In this document: piece after piece, positions 24,915-34,412 of the stretch
Position numbering within the stretch: the stretch's first letter is position 1
How the letters are laid out: every line of letters starts with the position of its first letter
Source of the DNA: an uncultured Verrucomicrobiales bacterium
Lineage (GTDB): Bacteria > Verrucomicrobiota > Verrucomicrobiia > Verrucomicrobiales > Akkermansiaceae
Direction of reading: 5' to 3'
DNA: 64,000 bases
Assembly (NCBI GenBank): GCA_964599325.1
Contig: CAZREM010000001.1
Location: 43,587-107,586 of the forward strand
Notes under the pieces: model-generated
What the model was told of the DNA's origin: nothing
The model's input: only the letters and a program-made list of their open reading frames with translations
Database searches by the model: none
Translations under genes and position numbers: made by a program

Positions 24915-26546
24915 CTAGCGGCCACTCTTTGGCAAATAAATGGTCTGACGAGTGTCATTGCGCTGCACATCGTCGCTGTATTTGATGCGAGCATCGATGG
25001 TGAACCCAGCAGGATGATCAAACGCATCATCGGGCAATGATAATTCAAAACTGCGCACAGCACCAGGTGCCAGCGATGGCACATTGAGTGTGGTCGTGCC
25101 TGCTGGCGTTACCACTTGCACTGGCACATTGGACAGTGTTTGTGTTCCTTGATTTTGGATATTCACCTGAACGGACGCTCGACCATCGCTGCCGGGCTCT
25201 GTGATGTAGAGCGAGGCCACACTCGCATCATTGACAGGTATGCCGCTTTTTTGATCAAAAAGCTTTTTCAAATTCACAGCACCCGATCCCGTTGATGAAT
25301 CATAACCAGCTTTTCCAGTTTCATACGTGTTTTGAAAAACAAAATTGACTGCTTGCTGTGGAGTCAAGGACTGTTGTCTTGTGCCTCCTTCGGTCATGGT
25401 CGTAGCGATGACACCAGCGATGATCGGCGCCGATGCGGATGTTCCGGAAAACTTCACCAGTTTTTCTTCAGGATACGCCGCATTGACTTGCCAGCCTGGT
25501 GCTGAAATTGCCAGTTGTTGATCCACAAGATTAGAAAAACCCAAATGCTCATTTTCAGCATCGACAGCTAAAGCCTTGATCACACCTTGATAGGCTGCTG
25601 GCTTCGCTGCCACGCCGTAACCATCATTGCCCGCAGCGGCAACAATCACGACATTTTTTGACAGAGCATAATTCACTGCCTCATGCAGCAGCGAACTTTC
25701 GCCATAGGTTCCCATCGAGATGGATAGTATTTGATTGCCAGCGTCGACAGCCTGGCGAATCGCCAGTGCCAGTGTCCATGTATCGGATTGACCAAGATCG
25801 TTCGCAACGCGGTAGGATGTAAGATCTGCTCCCGGTGCGACACCAGGAATTACCCGCAATTGACCCAAAATCAACGATGCGACAGCAGTGCCATGACCGT
25901 TCCACGAGGCGTCATCTGCTGCTGGTGCTATCAAATTCACATTTTTTACCGCTTTGGACAGGGCGGAATGCGCCGCCACCCCCGTGTCCAATATGGCAAT
26001 TTTTACCCCTTGCCCCCAATGAGGATCTGAGCCATCTACCCCCAACCAGGACAGAAGCCCTGATCCCAATGGCGTGGCATTGGGTGAAACGTCCCCTCCC
26101 TGTGGATTCGGTAACACAATCGGAAAAATGTAGTCAGCACGATTGCCTTCGCCCAATAAACCTGCAATACGAGACCATTGAGAAAATCGAATGCGCAACG
26201 CTGCTAAGTCATCGACACGATTCACCACCTCAACCAAGCCACCAGCTCGCTGTAAAAAACGATTTAATTCATCGACATTGGCAAACATGATCACGCGCTC
26301 CCCCTCGATGGCACCAATTCTAGCTGCTGAATCATCGCGCAATTGCATGGCGCCATCATTGCCATCACGACTCGATTTTTCTCCCAGTGGGGCGTGGTCA
26401 GCTGTGTTCGTCACCCGCGTGCGCGCTTCAGTTTTAGTTGCAGCACCGCTCGTTTCTGACCAATCATTCAAACTCAACCACAACGCGCCTGCCAAAGAGC
26501 AAGTGGCTAATCCATAAAACAGAGTCGGTCTCGCGGAGTTAAACAT
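24915..26546 (-). CDS. S8-family subtilisin-like serine peptidase with a C-terminal CARDB-like domain
   Basis: Catalytic triad contexts VKIAILDTGV (Asp), WNGHGTAVAS (His), SGTSASAPIIAG (Ser). The start is trimmed to Met at 26546, ahead of the signal anchor. Confidence 0.88.
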   Translation of the reverse strand: MFNSARPTLFYGLATCSLAGALWLSLNDWSETSGAATKTEARTRVTNTADHAPLGEKSSRDGNDGAMQLRDDSAARIGAIEGERVIMFANVDELNRFLQRAGGLVEVVNRVDDLAALRIRFSQWSRIAGLLGEGNRADYIFPIVLPNPQGGDVSPNATPLGSGLLSWLGVDGSDPHWGQGVKIAILDTGVAAHSALSKAVKNVNLIAPAADDASWNGHGTAVASLILGQLRVIPGVAPGADLTSYRVANDLGQSDTWTLALAIRQAVDAGNQILSISMGTYGESSLLHEAVNYALSKNVVIVAAAGNDGYGVAAKPAAYQGVIKALAVDAENEHLGFSNLVDQQLAISAPGWQVNAAYPEEKLVKFSGTSASAPIIAGVIATTMTEGGTRQQSLTPQQAVNFVFQNTYETGKAGYDSSTGSGAVNLKKLFDQKSGIPVNDASVASLYITEPGSDGRASVQVNIQNQGTQTLSNVPVQVVTPAGTTTLNVPSLAPGAVRSFELSLPDDAFDHPAGFTIDARIKYSDDVQRNDTRQTIYLPKSGR

Positions 26547-26737
26547 GACTGCATTAAACTGCGAATAACCCCATTTGTCGCGATAAAAGTGCGGCAAAAA
26601 ATAAAAAATTATCCTGAAACTCGCGACGTCGGTCAACAGACCAAAAAAAAGCTGTTGCGATTTATCATTTCACGTGAATTGTTTAACACATGGGCAAAAC
26701 AATGCGCACGATCGAGTCGATTGGTGTAAATAATCAT

Positions 26738-26766
26738 TTGACACCACAGATGTCGCGCTCTATACA
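26738..26766 (+). promoter_or_regulatory. Sigma70-like promoter (TTGACA-N17-TATACA) for the PUR-like gene
   Basis: ttgaca at 26738-26743, an exact 17-nt spacer, tataca at 26761-26766. This is 25 nt upstream of the GTG start. The -10 lacks the final T, hence the moderate confidence. Confidence 0.4.
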
Positions 26767-26790
26767 CACTATCAACCAATAACTGTTATT

Positions 26791-26997
26791 GTGGAAAACG
26801 GACTGTTGCATACGGAGAAGATCTTGGCGGAGCGCAAGGTATTTTATTTGGATTTAAAAGAAAACGCGCGGGGTCGCGTTGTGAAAATCACAGAGGATGT
26901 CGGTGGAAATCGTGACACAATCATGGTTCCGGTTGAGATTCTTGATGATTTTATCTGCGCGTTGCAGGACATTCAAGAAACGGCTAAGTCGCGTTGA
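26791..26997 (+). CDS. Single-repeat PUR-alpha-like (DUF3276-type) ssDNA/RNA-binding protein
   Basis: 68-aa ORF starting at GTG, the first start codon after an in-frame stop at 26731. ERKVFYLDLKENARGRVVKITEDVGGNRDTIMVPVEILDDF closely matches the eukaryotic PUR repeat [41 protein letters not shown] (from memory). Confidence 0.75.
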   Translation: MENGLLHTEKILAERKVFYLDLKENARGRVVKITEDVGGNRDTIMVPVEILDDFICALQDIQETAKSR

Positions 26998-27142
26998 GTG
27001 TGGGGTTGGCAGGTGGAATAGCGACAAGAGAATGGCGACTGGAGTGGCATCACATTGTGAGCGGTAGGCGCGTGCAAGTGGATTGGTTCGCTAGAAATAC
27101 AATTTTTGATTCCCACCCGGCGTTTTTTGGTTATTATTTTGC

Positions 27143-28231
27143 ATGAACTCGCTTACATCGGTCAATGTCGCCAGGGTGACGTATTTGCTGATTTGCGAGC
27201 TTCTTGGCCTGGCTGTTGCGCTGACTTTTCAAGATGCTGTTCCGATCTGGCTGGGCTTGATGGCCGGACTCATGATTGGAGCTTTTTTTATTCTAATCGA
27301 AGTCACGCTCAAAGGATTCACATTGCGAGGTTTTTCAACCGCCACGTTCGGTTTGGGCGTTGGCTTATTCTGTGCTTGGTTACTGACCAGAGTTGACGTT
27401 GCTGAAATCGTTTCGAGCATGATCCGTGAAAATGCTCCATCCGCCACAGATGACTTTAGTTTGGAACGCAAATTGATCATTGATGAGCGAGCGGATGCCG
27501 TGCGTCTAGCGATCAACGTGACATTATACGCGAGTTTGGGATTTTTGGGCAGTGTGATCTCATTGCGCAGCAATCGCGATGATTTTGCCTTTATCATTCC
27601 TTTTGTGCGCTTCCGTCAGGAAGGAACCCAAGGACAGCCAGTCATTCTCGATAGCAGCGCAGTGATGGATAGTCGTGTCATCAACATTGCCAAAGCGGGT
27701 TTTCTCGGAGGTCGCTTGATTATTCCACGCTACATTTTGGATGAACTTCAGAATTTAACACAATCAAGCGTTCTGAGTGAACGTCAACGTGGCCAACGTG
27801 GTTTGGACGTTTTGGATCAAATGCAAGCGGCCAATGGCGCGCAAGTAAGCATCCACGACTCCGGCCCCAATTTGGCAAATCAGGAAGTGTCCGTGCGTTT
27901 GATTGAAACCACGCGACTTCTTGCTGCTCGTTTAATGACCAATGATGACAGCTTATCGAAAATTGCTCGTTTGCAGGGAATCAATGTTCTGAACGTCCAT
28001 GAGTTAACTGACGCGCTGAAGCCTTCCGTGGTGGTCGGCGAAGTGATTCGACTAGCATTGGTTCGAACAGGACGCGATGACCATCAAGCGGTCGGTTATC
28101 TCAGTGATGGCACGATGATCGTTGTCAATCATGCCATTGCAGCCATTGGTTCCACTCGTAGGGTGCGAGTCATTAGCACGCTGAATACCAGCAATGGACT
28201 GATGGTTTTTGCTGAATTAGATGACGCTTGA
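27143..28231 (+). CDS. Membrane-anchored PIN/TRAM domain protein (YacL-like)
   Basis: N-terminal TM helices, a PIN-like segment VILDSSAVMDSRVINIAKAGFLGGRLIIPRYILDELQ, and a C-terminal TRAM-like beta domain (GEVIRLALVRTG...RVRVISTLNTSNGLMVFAEL). Confidence 0.75.
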   Translation: MNSLTSVNVARVTYLLICELLGLAVALTFQDAVPIWLGLMAGLMIGAFFILIEVTLKGFTLRGFSTATFGLGVGLFCAWLLTRVDVAEIVSSMIRENAPSATDDFSLERKLIIDERADAVRLAINVTLYASLGFLGSVISLRSNRDDFAFIIPFVRFRQEGTQGQPVILDSSAVMDSRVINIAKAGFLGGRLIIPRYILDELQNLTQSSVLSERQRGQRGLDVLDQMQAANGAQVSIHDSGPNLANQEVSVRLIETTRLLAARLMTNDDSLSKIARLQGINVLNVHELTDALKPSVVVGEVIRLALVRTGRDDHQAVGYLSDGTMIVVNHAIAAIGSTRRVRVISTLNTSNGLMVFAELDDA

Positions 28232-28285
28232 GCGACACCGCTTGCATTGCGCATGGTAACACAAGCCACCGGCGCAGGCTCGAGA

Positions 28286-29068
28286 CTACCAAAGCCCGTA
28301 TTTTCCATACTTCATGATGTAGCAGCCCATCAAAAAGTTCGCCGTGGCGTGCATGCTCACACAGGCCAAAAGATTTTTCGTCCAAATGCAGAGAAGGTAT
28401 GTCAAACTACCATAAATGAAGGCCGCAGCATAATCGATTGGGGCATGGGCAAGAACAAATGCAGCTGTCACGATGGCATAACTGCGAAAACTAGCTCGGC
28501 CGAAAGGCTCTGTCCAATACTTGCCGTCTGGATTCATGCAATATCGCATCAAAAACGAACGCCAAAAAATTTCTTCTACCAATGCGACGACGACTGCGGC
28601 ACGGATAAAGCGAAAAACGAGTGAACACTGAACTGCCCATGCCTGTTCTAGCACTTGTGGATCGAAACCTTTTTTCCTCGCTGCCACACCCAGCCATTTT
28701 AACCAGCCATCGGGATCTTGAGTGAAATGCCAATAATCATACAGAGTTGTCGGCAACAACCATAGACCAATTCCAACTGCGCCAAAAACCACACCCCAAA
28801 GAAGTGACGTCAGTTTCCATTCAAATTCATAGTATGTGCGCCGTTGCCACAGCAATCCCAAGCAGCAGATGGTCTGCAATGGATAGATCCACTGTTCGGG
28901 CCAGCGACGCCACCACGGCGCACTCGGATGGTCCCAGGAAAACAATTCCCCACCAAATTGCAAAAAAAGCATGAATGCCATGAACACGACAAACGGCATC
29001 ACCTGAGCACGTGTCCACCGCGCGGGATCTGTGAGTCTCGGCTTGCCAATTTGTGACTCGGCGTTCAT
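28286..29068 (-). CDS. CPBP-family intramembrane glutamic endopeptidase (CAAX protease-like)
   Basis: Polytopic membrane protein with EEIFWRSFL (motif 1) and later His motifs (FVLAHAP, HATANF). It overlaps the upstream aminotransferase gene by 4 nt. Confidence 0.8.
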   Translation of the reverse strand: MNAESQIGKPRLTDPARWTRAQVMPFVVFMAFMLFLQFGGELFSWDHPSAPWWRRWPEQWIYPLQTICCLGLLWQRRTYYEFEWKLTSLLWGVVFGAVGIGLWLLPTTLYDYWHFTQDPDGWLKWLGVAARKKGFDPQVLEQAWAVQCSLVFRFIRAAVVVALVEEIFWRSFLMRYCMNPDGKYWTEPFGRASFRSYAIVTAAFVLAHAPIDYAAAFIYGSLTYLLCIWTKNLLACVSMHATANFLMGCYIMKYGKYGLW

Positions 29069-30249
29069 GAACTGAATGACGCACTCACCTGCTGTGCGAA
29101 GCGATCAATTTTATCCATCGCGATCTTTAAATCTTCATATCCGGTCGCATAACAACAACGCAAAAAGCCTTCGCCACTTGAGCCAAACGCCGTGCCAGGA
29201 ACCGCTGCTACGCTCTCTTGTTCGAGCAGTTTCATCGCAAAGTCCTTGCTGCTCAGACCAAATGCACGAATATCAGGAAACACGTAAAACGCTCCGCCCG
29301 GCATGTGACAATCAAGTCCGATTTCATTGAGGCGCTTGACCACGAAATCACGACGTTGATGATAACTATCGCGCATCTTACGCATCGACGGCAAGCCATT
29401 CTCAAGAGCTTCAATGGCCGCATTTTGACTCATAATCGGAGCACACAACATGGCGTATTGGTGAATCTTCATCATGGCTTCGATGATCGGTTGCGGAGCG
29501 CAGGCATAACCCAAACGAAACCCAGTCATTGCAAATGCTTTCGAGAAACCATGCAATAAGATAGTTCTCTCACGCATGCCGGGCATCGTCGCAATCGACA
29601 CGTGTTCCACGCCATCATAGCGCAATTCACTATAAATTTCATCAGTTAGCACGATCAAGTCATGTTCCACACACAACCGCGCGATGCCCTCCAGATCACT
29701 CTGCTTAGCGACTGCACCTGTGGGATTCGTCGGAAAATTCAACATCAAGATCTTACTGCGCGGTGTGATGACACGAGCCAACGCTTCTGGACTCAAGGAA
29801 AAACCATTTTCTTTTGACGTCTCAACCACAACCGGTTGCCCAAATGCCATCACGATGCTTGGCGAATAGGAAACGTAACACGGCTCATGATAAATCACCT
29901 CGTCTCCCGGATTTAACAGCGCACGCAAGGCTAAATCGATTGCCTCACTCACACCAACCGTCACCAAAACTTCAGTTTCAGCAACATAATCAACGTGAAA
30001 AAAATCACTGACATAACGTGAAATCGCCTTTCGAAGTGACAGCAATCCCAAGTTCGATGTGTAGCTCGTTTGACCTTTTTCAAGAGAATAAATTGCCGCC
30101 TCACGGATATGCCATGGCGTCGCAAAATCTGGCTCACCCACTCCGAGCGAAATCACATCATCACGACCTTGAACCAATTCAAAAAAATCGCGAATGCCAG
30201 ATCGCGGTATGGCGGCAATGTGCCGAGCAATGCGTGCAGTGTAGTCCAT
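29065..30249 (-). CDS. Class I/II PLP-dependent aminotransferase (AlaT/AspC-like)
   Basis: 394 aa. NPTG motif (NFPTNPTGAV), PLP-Lys region HGFSKAFAMTGFRLGY. It follows an Lrp/AsnC regulator, as in the alaR-alaT arrangement. Confidence 0.85.
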   Translation of the reverse strand: MDYTARIARHIAAIPRSGIRDFFELVQGRDDVISLGVGEPDFATPWHIREAAIYSLEKGQTSYTSNLGLLSLRKAISRYVSDFFHVDYVAETEVLVTVGVSEAIDLALRALLNPGDEVIYHEPCYVSYSPSIVMAFGQPVVVETSKENGFSLSPEALARVITPRSKILMLNFPTNPTGAVAKQSDLEGIARLCVEHDLIVLTDEIYSELRYDGVEHVSIATMPGMRERTILLHGFSKAFAMTGFRLGYACAPQPIIEAMMKIHQYAMLCAPIMSQNAAIEALENGLPSMRKMRDSYHQRRDFVVKRLNEIGLDCHMPGGAFYVFPDIRAFGLSSKDFAMKLLEQESVAAVPGTAFGSSGEGFLRCCYATGYEDLKIAMDKIDRFAQQVSASFSS

Positions 30250-30273
30250 GTTATGATTCCTTGTTGGTTTTTG

Positions 30274-30759
30274 TTATGGGCTAACAACCAATCGTTCAGA
30301 GGCACCTTCACCTTCAAACAAAAAACCGTTTTCCTTGTATGTTTTTAATAAAAAATGCGTCGCGGTTGACAACACGCCGTCGAGCGTGCTCAAGCGCTCC
30401 GATACAAAACGCGCGACCTCTCTGAGATCCTGCCCCTCGACCACGACCATGAGATCGTAGCCGCCGCTGGCCAAATAACAGCTGACCACCTGATCAAAGC
30501 GAGCAATGCGCATCGCCAGGCGATCAAAGCCACCGCCTCGCTCGGGCGTCACTTTAACCTCAATGAAGGCCGAGACGGCTGTTCTTCCTGCCTTATCATC
30601 ATTGACGACTGCGTGATAGCCCAGAATCGTGCCATCATCTTGCAACCGCTCCAAACGCTCTTGCACCCACTGCGCATCCATGGCCAACAATTCAGCAAGT
30701 TCTTGATGAGTGTGACGGGCATTACGTCGTAATAATTCCAATAAAGGTTCGGTGGTCAT
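30274..30759 (-). CDS. Lrp/AsnC-family transcriptional regulator
   Basis: N-terminal HTH (LLELLRRNARHTHQELAELLAM) and a C-terminal RAM/AsnC_trans_reg domain. Start trimmed to Met at 30759. Confidence 0.85.
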   Translation of the reverse strand: MTTEPLLELLRRNARHTHQELAELLAMDAQWVQERLERLQDDGTILGYHAVVNDDKAGRTAVSAFIEVKVTPERGGGFDRLAMRIARFDQVVSCYLASGGYDLMVVVEGQDLREVARFVSERLSTLDGVLSTATHFLLKTYKENGFLFEGEGASERLVVSP

Positions 30760-30866
30760 GGTCACATGTGATAATCGCGAGACGATCAAAAGGTTCAATC
30801 GAAAAAAAAGCAACCAAAACAGTGTTCGATCCTAAAATCGAACAAGAAGGGCATGTTTTGATCACA

Positions 30867-31592
30867 CTAACGCCCATCCGCCAGACGATTCGCCAGCGTT
30901 TCCGGCAATCCCGCATCCAAGATTTTTTTCTGAGCCAATTCAATGTCGTAAGCCACACGTCGGAACACCACCAAATGGGAGCTAGTGTCGTAAATCGCGT
31001 AACAAGACCGCCAATCCCCATCACGCGGCTGGCCAACAGAACCAATGTTAATGAAATACTTAGCCTTTGCTTCTAACACAATGGAATCCGTTTCCACTTC
31101 AAACACGCGCTGCTCCTTCATGAAAACACGCGGAACATGGGTGTGACCATGAAAGCAGACAGATGTGAACTGATAAGAAAAATTGGCACTGGCATCAAAT
31201 CGATTGGTCACGTAATTCCAATGCGCGGGCTGATCTAATGTGCTGTGCACGACGGTAAAATCCTCAACCTGGCGAACCATTCTCAACTTGCGTAGCCATT
31301 CGCGCTGATCGTCATCCAGTTGATCGCGCGTCCATTGCAGTGCCGCCGCAGCAATCGGGTTCATGTTCTCCTCGAGTGCATAAGTCTCGGAAGCAGCTTC
31401 ATCGTGATTCCCCTTCACCACCGGACAATTCATCGATCGCACCATCTCCAAACACGCCGCTGGATCCGCATTATAGCCAACCACATCACCGAGGCAGACA
31501 TATTGATCGCAGGATTGGCCCTGCGCGTCTGCAAGAACAGCTTGCAAGGCCTCGAGATTTGCGTGAATATCTCCAAAAAGTGCTATGCGCAT
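30867..31592 (-). CDS. Calcineurin-like metallophosphoesterase (YfcE/MJ0936-type)
   Basis: MRIALFGDIHAN, GDVVGY, GNHD and GHTH motifs in canonical order. Start trimmed to Met at 31592. Confidence 0.85.
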   Translation of the reverse strand: MRIALFGDIHANLEALQAVLADAQGQSCDQYVCLGDVVGYNADPAACLEMVRSMNCPVVKGNHDEAASETYALEENMNPIAAAALQWTRDQLDDDQREWLRKLRMVRQVEDFTVVHSTLDQPAHWNYVTNRFDASANFSYQFTSVCFHGHTHVPRVFMKEQRVFEVETDSIVLEAKAKYFINIGSVGQPRDGDWRSCYAIYDTSSHLVVFRRVAYDIELAQKKILDAGLPETLANRLADGR

Positions 31593-31695
31593 GATCGAAT
31601 GTTCGGTGAAGGGCAATAGTGCCAAACAGTCGACGCGGATGTCGAGAAAAAGTCATGTTTCATCGGAAAAAACATGCCTGCCATGAACGTGCCGA

Positions 31696-32577
31696 TCAAT
31701 CGACGTGATTCAATCGTTCCAATGCCGCATCCACCCCCGTAATCGGCAGTTGCTCCGCATTGCGATCCCGATAAATTTGCAACATGCGCTTAGCTTGTTG
31801 TGGATGGCCAAAACATTGACGAACGAGCGTGTCAACGTCCGCGTGATGGGGTTGCGACATCTCGAGCACAAAGGTGAGGCAGCGCTGCGTATCTGCCATT
31901 TTTTCATCTTGCCGCATCAGCCGACGCGCAAGCTCGAGGGCTTGAGATTGCTGGCCCTCCACTCTCGCTAAGCAATACAACCAAGCTCGCGCCTCGAATC
32001 GGCGCGCTCGACCAGTCTCCCATGCGCGACGGTAACAATCAGCTGCTTTTTGAAAATCCGGATACTTGCTCACGACTGAGTAAAAACGCCCCAAACTGGA
32101 AAGCAACTGCCAGTCCTGCGGGTTTTGTTGAACCCCACGTTCCAGAAACGCCCGCCCCTTGAAAACATAGGCACGATGCAAGGCCAACCTTCTAGGTGCT
32201 GGTAAATCCTCTCGCTCCTGATAATCGCTCGCCGCATTGTATGCCAAATGCCAAGCGCCCACGTCCCAGTAGTATCGCGAGCGCGGTTGTAATAAAACAA
32301 GCGTTTCAAATTGCGCCTCCAGTTTAGACCAATCGCGGCGGTCAAAAGAAGCATAAGCGCGCAAATTCAGAAATGTGGCCACCACCGTGCGCAGACCACC
32401 GAGAGCCACTGCGGCGGCTGTTTGACCAATCTGCTCTTTTTGACTTGTCGCAAGCGCCTGTTCCAGTAAACCCGCGCTCTGCAACTCCTGCTGCAATGAA
32501 TGCTCGGGAAATTGTCGCAACAGCCCAAAGGCAAGCAAACCGATAGCGACCACGAAAATGTTGCGGGAGAAGAGCAT
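31696..32577 (-). CDS. Membrane-anchored TPR-like hypothetical protein
   Basis: N-terminal TM (IFVVAIGLLAFGLL) followed by helical repeat-like sequence rich in W/Y/A/R. It lies directly downstream of the ABC permease. Start trimmed to Met at 32577. Confidence 0.6.
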   Translation of the reverse strand: MLFSRNIFVVAIGLLAFGLLRQFPEHSLQQELQSAGLLEQALATSQKEQIGQTAAAVALGGLRTVVATFLNLRAYASFDRRDWSKLEAQFETLVLLQPRSRYYWDVGAWHLAYNAASDYQEREDLPAPRRLALHRAYVFKGRAFLERGVQQNPQDWQLLSSLGRFYSVVSKYPDFQKAADCYRRAWETGRARRFEARAWLYCLARVEGQQSQALELARRLMRQDEKMADTQRCLTFVLEMSQPHHADVDTLVRQCFGHPQQAKRMLQIYRDRNAEQLPITGVDAALERLNHVD

Positions 32578-32584
32578 GACACAT

Positions 32585-33505
32585 TCAAAACTCTTTATCA
32601 GCAAAAACAAACCAAGACAGCAATAGATACACGATCACATAACTGGCACTTAACCCCGCAAGACCTGCCAGATTGAGCCATGAAACCGACACACCCGCAA
32701 TCGCCGCGTCAACCACGTTGAAGAGCTGGAAGTTGGGAAACACCAGCATCACCGCCTTGCTAATCCAGAGCCCCACTTCGCTGACACCAGCGCCGCTTGT
32801 CATTCGATAATACTCTGCCGCATCTGCTTGAAAATGACCGATGAAAAAAATCAACATTGATACCATGGTCGTGAACAAGGTGCTGGTTGAAAAAGTTGAC
32901 AACAACAACGCGCACGCTCCCACAATACTGGACTGCAAAAAAATCGCGACCACTCCGCCCTGCAAAGCCAAATTCCACCCCTGAGCTGACAGCGCCTGTT
33001 GCAGACCCAGAACCTCTGCTGCCGACTCACCGCGCTGCTGCGCGGCGAGTATTTCCTGACTCATGAATTGATGCAAACGCCACTGCAGCACCACAGCCAT
33101 CAACAAATCCATGAGCAACAATCCAGCAGCAACCACAAGCATCACTCCGATGAACTTGCCAATCAGATAGTCCAATCGCGGCACTGGTTTTGCCAATATC
33201 GTGTATAGCGTGCGATCCTCGACATCTTTCGGCAGCAGCAAAGCCGTGGCCGAAATCGAAAACACCACAGCAAACAACTTCATCACACCGAGACAAGTTC
33301 CCTTGATGATTTGCAGCTGCCCGATTCCCACTGCTTCTGGCCCACTAAATTGAGGTAAATCTAAAAAATTACTCGCGATCGCAATGACAGCAAAAATCAT
33401 GAGAAAGTAGAAAACTTTCATGCGCACCAATTGAGTAAATGTGTGCATGGCCAACACGCACAATCGACGTGGTTGGAGCCACAGCAGATAATGGCGCGAA
33501 TTCAT
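32585..33505 (-). CDS. ABC-2 type transporter permease
   Basis: 306-aa polytopic membrane protein whose start overlaps the ATPase stop by 4 nt (translational coupling). Confidence 0.8.
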   Translation of the reverse strand: MNSRHYLLWLQPRRLCVLAMHTFTQLVRMKVFYFLMIFAVIAIASNFLDLPQFSGPEAVGIGQLQIIKGTCLGVMKLFAVVFSISATALLLPKDVEDRTLYTILAKPVPRLDYLIGKFIGVMLVVAAGLLLMDLLMAVVLQWRLHQFMSQEILAAQQRGESAAEVLGLQQALSAQGWNLALQGGVVAIFLQSSIVGACALLLSTFSTSTLFTTMVSMLIFFIGHFQADAAEYYRMTSGAGVSEVGLWISKAVMLVFPNFQLFNVVDAAIAGVSVSWLNLAGLAGLSASYVIVYLLLSWFVFADKEF

Positions 33506-34365
33506 GATGAGGATGATGTCGTTTTTTCTAAAAAAAGACTTTCAAGAGTTGTGCGTGGACGCTCCACACTCAGCAACCGAGCACTGCCATCGTCCGCGAT
33601 TAACTGACGCAATCGCGCTAGCAAATCCTGGTTTGCATTCTCTAACACCAGCTCGGTTTGATTTTCGATCGCAACGATCTCATTGATCTGACCTTCCAGC
33701 ACCATTCTTCCCTGATAGACCATGCCAACCCGATCACACACTTCCTGAACTTGCTCAAGCAAATGTGAACACATGAACACCGTCATACCACGTTCACGCA
33801 AACGCAAGATCAAGTCGCGAATTTGCCGTGACCCTAGGGGATCAACACCGGCGGTCGGCTCGTCTAAAATTAACAATCGCGGATCCTGTATCATTGCCTG
33901 TGCCAGACCAATGCGCTGCAGCATGCCTTTGGAATATCCGCCCAACCGACGATCAGCGGCCGACTGCAAATCGACAAGTTTGAGCAACTCAGTGATGCGC
34001 TGTTCCAATGCCACACCACGCAAATCGCACAGTTTACCATAAAAACGCAGCGTTTCAGCGCCGGTCAAATGCTTATAAAAATACGGATTCTCCGGCAAAA
34101 AACCCACATCGCGACGTGAATCAACACGAAGAGAATCCTTGCCGTAGATCAAGCAGTGACCGCGAGTGGGCGCCACCAAACCCAGCAAAGCTTTCATTGT
34201 CGTGGACTTTCCAGATCCATTTGGCCCGATCAGTCCATAGACCTCACCTTGATTGATCTGCAGCGATACATCGTCCACAGCACGCACCACTACCTGGCGT
34301 GAGCTAGGTAGCCGATACTCTTTCACCAAATGGCGAATTTCCACAGCCAACGGCACAGAGGACAT
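33502..34365 (-). CDS. ABC transporter ATP-binding protein
   Basis: Walker A GPNGSGKSTT, signature YSKGMLQR, Walker B LLILDEPTAGVD, H-loop CSHLL. Confidence 0.9.
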   Translation of the reverse strand: MSSVPLAVEIRHLVKEYRLPSSRQVVVRAVDDVSLQINQGEVYGLIGPNGSGKSTTMKALLGLVAPTRGHCLIYGKDSLRVDSRRDVGFLPENPYFYKHLTGAETLRFYGKLCDLRGVALEQRITELLKLVDLQSAADRRLGGYSKGMLQRIGLAQAMIQDPRLLILDEPTAGVDPLGSRQIRDLILRLRERGMTVFMCSHLLEQVQEVCDRVGMVYQGRMVLEGQINEIVAIENQTELVLENANQDLLARLRQLIADDGSARLLSVERPRTTLESLFLEKTTSSSS

Positions 34366-34412
34366 GATTCATTCAATAAGCGTTGCCATGCACACACAAT
34401 TGTTTGCAAAAA

